In this document: one piece after another, positions 52,929 to 64,000 of the stretch
How the letters are laid out: each line of letters starts with the position of its first letter
Numbering within the stretch: position 1 is the stretch's first letter
Origin: Octopus vulgaris
Taxonomy: Eukaryota
Assembly: GCA_951406725.2 (NCBI GenBank)
Contig: OX597816.1
Span: 105,586,001-105,650,000 of the forward strand
Direction of reading: 5' to 3'
Length of the DNA: 64,000 bases
Translations under genes and position numbers: made by a program
Notes under the pieces: generated by a model
Seen by the model: only the letters and a program-made list of their open reading frames with translations
Told to the model about the DNA's origin: nothing
Databases searched by the model: none

Positions 52929-54468
52929 CTGAAAAAGAAGGAAAGAAACAATAAATCAAGTTGAAGCGTAATAGAAACAATAAACTATCTGATTTTCTTT
53001 CAAATTTTTAACCATTGTAGCTTCATTTAGCTGAATATTTGGCCGTTATACCTACCTACTCTTGGGTGTTTCCTTATTTCTATAAACATTAAAACCAGTC
53101 GAAAATAATTCACCATGTATCTATATTGATTAAACTGATTTCAACCTGATATACACTATTCTCATGGCTGCCATATCCTACATACTTTGATATTGTTCTC
53201 CTCTTGCAGTGATGAAGATTTTGATAAACCATCTTATTTACAACATACCATTCTACTGGAGACCATTTCTGATCCTATAGCACAAAATGCATTGTTCTAA
53301 AGTGTTCATATTAATATTATAATTTTCCATCATAATTTTATGTAAGAACCTTTTATTATGTTCCAAGCACTAGCACAATATTGAAAAATCCCGATAACCA
53401 GATATACTTTCAAAATCTCAAGTACTTTCAAATTTTATTGAAGCACATATATAGTGCATTTCATTAGAATTATGGCCATTAAAAAATTGTTTATTCAAAG
53501 TCTTTTATGAGAAAAAAATACTGCATATTATGAAAAAATAATACATTATTCCATATAAGCCTATTTGGAAGAAACACTGTAAAAGGATTAGATATCTCAG
53601 AGCACTAAATGGTGTGCTATTTGAATATCAATCATATGAAAACAGAATAAACATGAGAGGAAACTGTGAAAGAGACTGAAATAATTGCTGCTCTTGAGAG
53701 ATATACTGTATCCTATACTGAAATTGGTATTAAAGAGCAGATCCTCACAATGGGAACCAGGGTAGTCCTCTCTAAATCCTTGTACTCCAATATATGTAAC
53801 CAGATATATTACATCTAACTAGGAGTATACCTAGTTAGGTGTAGTCAGTATGTAAACTAGAACATCTATTTCTGTATTATGGAATAACATATAGTGCAAT
53901 ACACCTAGAAGCTGAATCCCTCTGGTATTACGGGTCAGTCATGGCTCCAGATACCAGCCACTACTAAGATAATTTACAGTACCATTACAATATAGTCAAA
54001 ACCTTCTACTTTTTCCTTATGTGCATTAATGACTTGCTTCTAACGCACCACAATGTAGATGATATCACCCTTTGCACCTCCTTAACTTTTTGTTCATGTG
54101 TGCTCATCCTGCTTGCAACCTAGATACCTTATGCCATCTTTGCACTGCCATCTGTTTTGATAATTGTTTAGTGAAGCAACACAAAGACTATTGATTCAGT
54201 CAAATCATGCGATCAGGTTTGAAGGAGACACAAAAACCTAATCTGCTTCAACAGCCTTAGCAGTTGACTAGAGGTTTGATTGCATTACCTATCACAATAT
54301 CACAATACATATCAAGGATGTTTTGTACATCTTTCCAAAATTAAAGTTTCACAACAAGTAACATTTTATAGTAAACTCATATGCATAACATTGCTAAAAC
54401 AGCAACCCCCACTAAGATGCTCTTCAGGAGTAAAGAAATATTTCAACCTTTACCATTGTTATTATCAA

Positions 54469-54885
54469 GGTGGTGAGCTGGTAAAATCATCAGCACACCA
54501 GACAAAATGCTTTGTAGCATTTCTTCTGCCTTCTGAGTTCTGAGTTCAAATGCTGCTGAGGTAAACTTTGCCTTTCATCCTTTCAGGGTCAATAAAGTAA
54601 GTACTAGTTGAGCACTGAAGTTGATGCAATTAACTAGCCCCTCTCACCAAAATTTCAAGCCTTGTGCCTATTGTATAAAGGGTTATTGTCATTGTCATCG
54701 GCACCGATGGGGCAGCAAGCTGGCAGAATCATTAGCATGCCAGACAAAGTGCTTGATACCAATCCTTTATAGTCTTTATAGTCTGAGTTCAAATTCTACC
54801 AAGATTGACTTTGCCTTTCAGCCTTTCAGGGTCAAGAAAATAAACACCAGTTGAAAATTTGTGCCTATAGTAGAAAGGTTTATTA

Positions 54886-54890
<5 letters not shown>
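54469..54890 (+). mobile_element. Two tandem family B SINE copies followed by (TTA)n(GTA)n
   Basis: Heads ggtggtgagctggtaaaatc and ggcagcaagctggcagaatc; both contain ctgagttcaaat (B box). Confidence 0.75.
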
Positions 54891-54936
<46 letters not shown>

Positions 54937-56435
54937 GTTAGTAGTAGTAGTAGTAGTAGTGTTATTATTTACCCTCTACAAAACTCATGTAAGTCACATC
55001 AAGACCAAAGCTGCTTCTACATACATATGACTTAACTATATCTTCCCCTTTTACAAAGGAGTAGTTTTCTCTTAACTAGTTAGTTGCACTTCCTTATCCT
55101 CAGTTGCATGAATCACATTTGTCTATCTGCTACTCATCACTTCTACAATAGCCCACTCCCAAGATCTTGTACTAAACACTTCACCTAATCTTTTTTTCTG
55201 ATAACAGTGTCCATCTAAAATTTGTTTTCTGCCTATGTACTTTCTCAGTAATGATCAACTACCAATGATCAAACTGAACATCAACTACATCAGTATCACC
55301 AATTTAGGAGATTTTGCAGTGGTCATGGAAACTACACCTCCTTAATCAAAAGCAGAATATTTATAACATAAATTATAATTTATTTATACTGGACTTCACC
55401 AATTTATAATAGAAACAGAAAATCTTTATGCCTCACTACAATCTAGTGATAACATCCAATTCTAAACTAATAAATTATTAAAACCTTAAGTTGTTCCAAC
55501 TAAAACACTAAGAATAGCAAAAATCTGCAACTGACTTTATGTTAGAGGAAACTCAAAAGAACATTAGTAGCAGGAGTGTGTAACCTGAATGCACTGAGCA
55601 TTTAATTCTTAAAGAGACAATCCTGCTGGCTCTCCTAATGCGTATAAAACAGCTTAACTACCCTAGCAGTTAACCAGGGGTCTAGTTGCACTGTCAAACC
55701 TCCAGACAGTCTTAATTTGTATTCCTCTTTCTATGAAGAGATTGTTGTAATCTAACCACTAGACAAGAGAGACAGTTTATGCAAATTTCTTTTCCAGAAG
55801 TTAGTCTTCTCACATGGATGTGATGAATATTAAATGGAGACTGGCATTAAAGACAACATTCAACACATTAAGTTTTTGCTGTTGCAGATAACTAGAATTT
55901 AAAAACATAAAATTAAGCCTTAGATCTACACAACAGTGTTTCTTTTACAACATATCTCCCATACAATTCCATGAAGGAGTATCTATGAGGTTGCTCAACC
56001 TACAAGAAATAGAAGCCAAGTCTCTCTCATAACCCACTCTACGGCTTAGAAAAATGGTAAAATACATTGGGCAATGCAGTTCTAGATATACTTATCTAAA
56101 AGAATGTCACAACTATTGATAGAATGCCTTTGATCCTAGTTCTGCTGAAACAGAGCTGACTTAGGAGTAAACAACAAGAACATCCACAAGATTATGTTGA
56201 CCTGTATAAAGCTATTGTGTATTGTTTTGAAATGAGTGTAACTCCAGTTGGTAAACAAACTACCCATTCACAGAAAAATATAGTTTAGTTCTATTAGTAG
56301 CTGGTAAATAAAGTAAAGTAAATGAACTTCACATCAATTTTGATGATTATTCTAGTAGTTCAATCAACTTAGCTACACACTGTAAGTACATTAGTGGCTA
56401 AGTATTCCAAAGACATGTGTACTTTTAATGTAATA

Positions 56436-56730
56436 ATCATCATCATCATCATCGTTTAGCGTCCGCTTTCCATGCTAGCATGGGTTGGACGGTTTAACTG
56501 GGGTCTGGGAAGCCAGAAGGCTGCACCAGGCCCAGTTTGATCTGGCAATGTTTCTACGGCTGGATGCCCTTCCTAACGCCAACCACTCCATGAGTGTAGT
56601 GGGTGCTTTTTACGTGCCAGACGAGTCTGGCAAACGGCCACGATCAGATGGTGCTTTTTATGTGCTACTGGCACAAGGGCCAGGCGAGGCTGGCAACGGC
56701 CACGAGCGGATGATGCTTTTTACGTGCCAC
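56436..56730 (-). mobile_element. Young RTE 3'-end copy
   Basis: (CAT)n + cgtttagcgtccgctttccatgctagcatggg; near-identical reverse complement of 49017-49200. Confidence 0.88.
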
Positions 56731-57840
56731 TTCAGGCAAAATCAATATGATGTATTTTGTGAGAAAGCTAAGCCTTTGAATTACATGGATGAGTCATCTG
56801 GCTACCTAATTTTATTCACAAGGCTCAAACTGAAATGCAGCTATAGTAGAAGACACTTACCAAAAATATGAATGAACCTCAAAACTCACAAAACTTTTGA
56901 ATCATTCAGCCATGTTTATGTCTACTGGTAAACAGAACGTAAACATCTTTATAGACTAAAATGCGGTTATTTTTGACTTGGGATTAATATTTATTCTATC
57001 ACATTTTTGATATATTGCAACTTTGTTCCTTATCCTAAGAAAAGTTTATTAAAAATAATAGAGAATGTGGCAAAATTGGATTATCCTAACTTGAACAACA
57101 TTAATTTAAAGTGATTTTTTTTCTTTTTGTCCCCAGCTAAGACTGGCTCTAGTATAGCATAAATATGTATACAGATTAGAGATAACTTTGGTAAAATTTT
57201 AGCTTTGAGTCTTGAGTTAAAATCTGTTTGCTATAGTTAAATGGGTAAAAGCATTTTAATGCATGGAACATTAAAAAGCTAAAGTAGGAGGAAATATTCA
57301 TTCAGAGACAAAAATATCCTTTTGTGATTATTATTTTTATTTTTGAGGTAGAAATATTTGAAAGACCATTCTGGACATGTTTCTGTTTAATAAAAAATCT
57401 TAAGTAGGATTGTAGATTGCCAAAGTGTTTGAAAATGATTGTGAAACATATGATCTAAATAATACTCTGCACCAATGTTGTACCAATTCTCTATTTCACC
57501 TCAGCTCCAAAGCCAAGACAACTAGGTAGAGTTGAATTACAGATCTTTAATATGTTACTGTAAGTACCTCTTCTAATATTTATATCAACCTGCTAATTCT
57601 ACTCTTGCTATAAATATTATACAAATTAAATATTTTTGCATAATTCAATGTATAACAGAAAAAAATAAAGGATTGAAATGAAAATTAGGCCTTTCAACTG
57701 ATAAAATCAGTTATTGGAAAGGTAAATTAATCCAAATACCATGGTCAAGGAAAGGGTATATTAAGTTGAGATTTTCCATCTGGTGTGGCATCACAACAGA
57801 AATGTTTTAGTATGAAATATTGGGTAAGAAAGCAGAAGCT

Positions 57841-57887
<47 letters not shown>

Positions 57888-57935
57888 AATAATAATAATA
57901 ATAATAACAACAACAACAACAATAACAACAATAAT

Positions 57936-58149
57936 CCTTTCTATTGTACACACAAGGCCTGAAATTTTGGTAGGAGTGGACTAGTTGATTACATTAACCA
58001 CAATGTTTCACTGATACTTAATTTATAGACCTTGAAAGGATGAAAGACAAAGTCGACCTCAACAGAATTTGAACTCAGAATGTAGCAACAGACGAAATAC
58101 CACTAAGCACTTCACCTGGCAGACTAACGATTCTGTCAGCTCACTGCCA
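57936..58149 (-). mobile_element. tRNA-derived SINE, family B, flanked by (TAA)n
   Basis: Matches the other family B copies. Confidence 0.8.
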
Positions 58150-58180
58150 TTTTAATAATAATAATAATAATAATAATAAT

Positions 58181-58726
58181 TGCAGTACCAGGCAGTGGCT
58201 CTCATGGCTTCTGATCTTAACTGATTGGAAGTGTTATCATGTACATTGTTTTGTCTTGGTATAAAAGATGGGCTACTGCAAATATTCTGCTCAATACCAC
58301 AGATTTGCTTGTCAGTTGTTTGACTTTAACCAGTTGAGCATGTCCCTTAGTGGCTGACGATATGTGCATCTCTGATCACGAGCAGAAGTAGTGGGGGAGC
58401 ATCATAGCCATGTGTTGAGAGGGATTCTTTGGGTTTGAATAATTCACCTCTGGAAACATGGGTGTTTCGTTCAACATCCTTAAACAACCCTTATTCAGGG
58501 ACCTTTCGAGTGGGATGGGTTACTCGACCTGAAGAAAATTCTAACTGGGCCCCACCTGCAAGGTCATGTGCTGTTTATTTTGATATGAGATCACCATGTC
58601 GCGCACATATGGTTGTGATGCATGTGCCTAGTGTACTCTTATCAGAGGGGTAGTCATGATGGGTATACTGGGCTTCGTATATTTTACCCCAGTGTCACTT
58701 TGATGGCATGCACTGCTCTCTCACTC
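58181..58726 (+). mobile_element. Non-coding retroposon segment inserted in (TAA)n, probably the 3' UTR of an R4/Dong-like LINE
   Basis: Flanked on both sides by (TAA)n (58154-58180; 58727-58812), with higher GC than the flanks. The family assignment is inference from known TAA targeting by Dong elements. Confidence 0.55.
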
Positions 58727-58815
<89 letters not shown>

Positions 58816-60168
58816 TGATGTGCTCAAGAGAAAAAGATCAAAAATCTTTATAAAAGAATAGATAAGATAACTTGTTAAGTACATAACTATTGGAAAGATG
58901 CACAATGGAAGGTGAAAGATTGTTTCAAATCATTAGTTTAGCTGAAAAAGTATTGGAAATGATGAGAGTATCATCACAGATGCAAAAACAAGACACAGTA
59001 CAGTAAAGAACTTGTTACTTTTAGTAGTATTTTAAAATATTTTACATGAGTTAAAATATTAAGAAAAATTCAAGCAAAAAGCAAACCAAAATAGAAAAGA
59101 AAAAAAAACCAATTTATTTTCAAGAATTACCAAATAACTTATAACATGCTCAAGCATGTGTGACTATCCAGACTATTCATTTGATATCATGGATAAGAGT
59201 TGGATATTTCATACTAGGTTCTGGTGACAACTATAATGCAAAGTAGTTTTTAAAACAGTAAATGTAACGGAAGAAAAGGTTATAGAAATATTTTGATAGA
59301 TTTTTTTTTCTGTTTTTCTTCAAGAGACTAATGAACCAGAAATTTACTTGTTTTAATATTTTATGTTTAGTGAAGCAACACTGTGACTGATTATTGGGTG
59401 TGTCAGTCATTCACAATACTACTTCACTTGGTTTTATATATATATATATATATCCCAAAATTATATATTATGCCATGATAAGCAACTGGAAACAAAGTAA
59501 TATATGTGTGTGTGGGTGTAATATATATATATATATTTATATATATATACATACATACATATATATATACACTCACACATATATATATACACCCACACAC
59601 TGAGAGAGAAGTGAGAATAAAATACTTTAATAAGCTCTGTCACAAATGTGCAAAATTGTAAAATAGCATATTGAAGTAATAACATATACTTTATATAAAA
59701 ATATATACATATGTGCTATGTGTGCCATGTGTGTGTGTACAGTAGGTAGATGCATATAAACTAACCTACAATAATCATCTAAGTGAGATATCTAATCATA
59801 AAGAGTGCTCAACTATAAGACTATGTGAATTAAACAAGCAGGTATGGGATGAACCTCAAGTATGTCTTATAATAAAAATACGGAAAAATGTAATCCCATG
59901 TTCCATTGAGGACATCTAGATGTTTTGCTGTCTATTCACCTTATTAGCTGCTGTTGGACTGAAGATAGGAATTCATTCAGACATACAAGATATAGCAGCT
60001 GTTGACAACATGAATAACTGCTACATAGATTTTCCATGACCAAACACATGAATGAAGTGTTCATTTACATGTCACTGAGAATAAATAAGAGTTTTAGAAA
60101 AGTAGTGAGAAAATACCTTCGGAGTGCTCTACTTAGGAAATACAATTTGGGATGCATAAATACAAGTG

Positions 60169-60208
<40 letters not shown>

Positions 60209-60419
60209 CATGTGACCTGGTATTTTGGGTGTTAGGCCTGTAATATTAAGGTTGTGGGTTTAAATCCTGGATGAGGTGCATTGTGTCCTTTGAGCAACTC
60301 ATTTTGTTTCACATTGCTCTAGTTTACTCAAATGACAATGAATACTAGTTGGGTGCAGGTGCAGCACTCTCAGCTTCCAGCTGTCATATTCTTAACCATC
60401 CAAACACTGAAAGCTGATA

Positions 60420-60822
60420 TAGGCATAGGAGTGGCTGTGTGGTAAGTAGCTTGCTTACCAACCACATGGTTCCAGGTTCAGTCCCACTGCGTGACACCTT
60501 GAGCAAGTGTCTTCTGCTATAGCCTCGGGCCGACCAAAGCCTTGTGAGTGGATTTGGTAGATGGAAACTGAAAGAAGCCCGTCGTATATATGTATATATA
60601 TGTATGTATGTGTATGTGTTTGTGTGTCTGTGTTTGTCCCCCCAACATCACTTGACAACCGATGCTGGTGTGTTTACGTCCCCGTAATTTAGCGGTTCAG
60701 CAAAAGAGACCGATAGAATAAGTACTAGGCTTACAAAGAATAAGTCCTGGGGTCGATTTGCTCGACTAAAAGGTGGTGCTCCAGCATGTCCACAGTCAAA
60801 TGACTGAAACAAGTAAAAGAGT
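60420..60822 (+). mobile_element. Young full-length tRNA-derived SINE, family A
   Basis: Near-identical to 37942-38361. Confidence 0.9.
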
Positions 60823-61940
60823 ATATCTGCTCAAAATTTTATCAACGTTAACTGCAAAAAGCAGTTTTACCTTATGGCTTTGAAAGAAAAATCTCTCCTT
60901 ATGCTGTGAAATGCAGAGACACCCCCCCCCCCCAGTGACACTTCTTAAAAAGACGAGTCTTCAGAATTTCTTAATTTCATCAAATATTTCTTTACAAAGC
61001 AAAACTTAAGTATTTTTAGCGGCAGGTATAGAAACTATCTACAGAAGATAATGATAAAGTATTGCAGAAAAGAAAATATCAGTTTTATTTTTTGTTGGAT
61101 AATTAACATCATTATAGGAATGACCATGAACTGTAATTATGTAACCAAAGGGTCACATACACCAACAGGAACAGACAACCTCTGACATGCACAGACATAT
61201 GTGTATTCTTTATTTAGCATAAAAGTCATATTTGTTTGACTGCTGCTGCTGCTGCTACTGAAGGGGAGAGAATCACTTCAGGTTTTTTTGTTGAGGAATT
61301 TGCATCTACATTACATTAAACAGTGAAGAGCTTACTTATATTTCTATATAATTCTGTTATTCATTTCCATGAGATGTGAATGATGGAAAACAAACTAAAT
61401 CTAAAGCGATATCAAAGGTTCCTCCAATAAATAGTAAACCTTAAACGTCAGTCTGTCTTAAATTGCCATATTTTCTAAAAATGGTTTTTCACTTTGGTTC
61501 TTTTTCATTGGTTGTAAACCAGTATTTGTTTTTCAATCAATAACCTAAAGCCAATATCAAAATCATCAGCTTCATCGTTAGTGGAATGGGTTGAACCAAA
61601 CTTATTCACATTTTTCTATTTTAGTTATTTTTTTCTCCAGATTTATTACTTACTACATTAACCTTACCAACTAACCTATGAGTTGGTAAAGTTACTCTAT
61701 ACCAAGCTGCTCAACCAGGATCCATACAACATCGTTGAGGGTTTGCACAAGCAAAATAATAGATTGGGGATCTATAGTAGTATTTTGAATGCCCATGTAA
61801 AGTTTTGATTTCAATGTATCTATTGCAAGAAACAGTTAGGTTTCTTTCTCTAACATTTTACATAGTTCAACCTATGCAAGTTAAAGTGTGAAAGACAAAA
61901 TAGGAATTTTGAAAGAAGTATCAATAAAACAATTTTTTAA

Positions 61941-62160
61941 GCCTTTAACATTCAGATTATTCTGTTGAGCATAATGTTTATTTATTCAAATCAGTTTGAA
62001 TTAATCATGCATTATCTCTCTGCTTCTAGACTTCAATGATGTGACAGTATATTTTTAGAATGACTTTGTATGATAGGTGTGAGAGGCTGAATTTGATCAG
62101 TTTGAACATAAAACATGTGGAATAGTTGGGTTTGATATGGCTGGTTTAAATACTAAAGGG
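61941..62160. mobile_element. piggyBac-type MITE, 220 bp (different family from 44265)
   Basis: TTAA at 61937-61940 and 62161-62164. Imperfect TIRs gcctttaacatt and aatactaaaggg. Confidence 0.7.
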
Positions 62161-64000
62161 TTAAACAAGTGATTATGGGAGTTCTCCAGAATAAAATAGT
62201 AACCAAAAGGGTCCATAGGAGGAAAATGGTTGAGAACCATTAGAGTCAATACTCTGATTAGAAACAATTCTACAATGAGGAAATGACATTATTTCAATAA
62301 CTAATGTCTTTCTCTTCCAACTTGTGGTGTTTGAGACTTTTGAATGGACTGGGCAACAAATGGCAAAGTTCTTGTTATTGTTGGCAGCTTGCCTCATAGA
62401 GGTATCAGGTGATGCCCATGAGGGTGCTTGACTTTTCCAATGCCTTAGCCTTGCCATCACCTATGGTAATGCCACAAGCATGCTGGCTTGCTTCAGTAGG
62501 TTCCATTGAACCTTGTGGTGTATGACTAATTGATGCACTTAGTGTTGCATTGATGTTTTTTCTTTCTTTGTGTGTGTGTGTGGGGGGTATCTTTGTCTTT
62601 CTATTGTAAAATATATTCCTGTTCATATTCTGAATAAAAAAATTCAGTATTAATAAAAAAAAAATATCTAAACAAGTGTGGGAGATAACTCTGGCCAGGT
62701 TGCAATCTCATTCTTGGTTAATTTATGAACTTGACTGTACTTGTTGAAATATTCAAAAGTGAATGAATAAATAGAAGTATACACTAATACCAAAAAATTG
62801 GAATATTTGGAAATAAACATATCACCAAGATAAATTATTTGGAAAGAGACTGTATGAACAACAATAATTAAATTAGTCCTAACATATTTAATGCAGGGGG
62901 CTAAAAAAATCTAATTAAAAGTAGCTTTATGGTGGGGAAAATTATTTATAATCAGATTTTTGATGATCATGGAGTAGGTCATCTAAAACAGATCTGGCCA
63001 TAGGATTTCAACAGCAATAACTACATTTACAAACTACACTGAACTGGATGTTCCTCATAGCAAGCCAACACATTTGTTTCATTTTATTTATAATATTTAT
63101 ACTTCATGTGCAAAGAAATATAATTAACCTTGAGAAATTTTACAGGCTCCTAATCTCATCTCTTTCAGCAAATCACTATTTTTCAAATGGTAATCTTCAT
63201 TTGACATTAAGTTGGAGTCACACTCACTAGATTCTTTTCCTACATAGAGTTTGAGAGTATTAGTATCTTATGAGAAATAATAGTGATTTTGAATTTAATC
63301 TAAGAATATAATAATTACAATATATGATAATAAATGAAAATCAAATTCTTTGAATTATAGTAATTTACCAAAAAATAATAGAATACACAAGGTTAACACT
63401 TTAGGAAGTGTCTACATTTTAATAATAACTAATCACAGAAAATTTAGGTACGTAAATTGATCATGTTAGTACTGTTTTTAATGAGTGTTACAACATCAAA
63501 TTGCATTACAAATAAATAGTTTAAGAATAGCATTCTGGAAAAAGTGTAGAAAGCTACAACATAGGTTTATACATGATGCTTTTTCAAGATGAATACTGCA
63601 GTGCTATGGTTTTCTGCAGCATATCCACATTGAATAAGATATACAGAATGCTATTCTGAACTAATACTGCCTTCATCACTAATACAAAGTAATCGGAGGG
63701 ATACATCTGATCAAATCAAACATAAGTATGTTGATTTATACTTCAATGTAGATATTCAACTGTATCTCTTCAAAGACATAAACTAAATAAACTTATGTAC
63801 AAATACATGATGGGTACAGTTAAGTGCTTTAAATAGTATTTGATATGTATTTGTTTAAGGATGCAACTAAATACTGCCACAGGCCACAAAAAAGTAAAGG
63901 ACTGTTGCAGGTCATAATGTTTCATTCACAGAAGATGGACATCTACATTGATTTATAAAAAGAGTTAACTTCATTTGTTTGGCTTGTCTGGTATGAATAA

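Noticed and set aside
62173-62626. Overlapping minus ORFs as a possible upstream TULP4 exon
   Set aside because: No resemblance to the expected WD40 sequence, frames are interrupted, and no phase-0 donor fits. Probably decayed TE.

Overview
AT-rich, microsatellite- and retroposon-dense eukaryotic DNA. The SINE/LINE repertoire suggests a coleoid cephalopod, probably Octopus (inference from recall). The whole window lies inside one minus-strand gene, TULP4 (tubby-like protein 4). Four internal coding exons splice in frame with GT-AG sites: 52928-52701 (last WD repeat plus SOCS box), 44004-43776, 40121-39925 and 5627-5390. Introns are about 8.7, 3.7 and 34.3 kb; the other exons lie outside the window. 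The introns hold decayed RTE, CR1, R4/Dong and Penelope-like retroelements, a deleted Helitron, piggyBac-type MITEs and several tRNA-derived SINE families. The most interesting observations are: (i) highly similar inverted repeats bracketing the in-frame SOCS-box exon (circRNA, skipping or ADAR hypothesis); (ii) a 162-bp exact inverted local copy of a decayed LINE segment inside a (TA)n patchwork; (iii) three minimal hammerhead-ribozyme-like motifs in Penelope-type terminal repeats; (iv) a tail-to-tail retroposon fold-back; (v) a CpG-rich 555-bp-period partial duplication. Repeat boundaries are estimated by eye; no searches were run.
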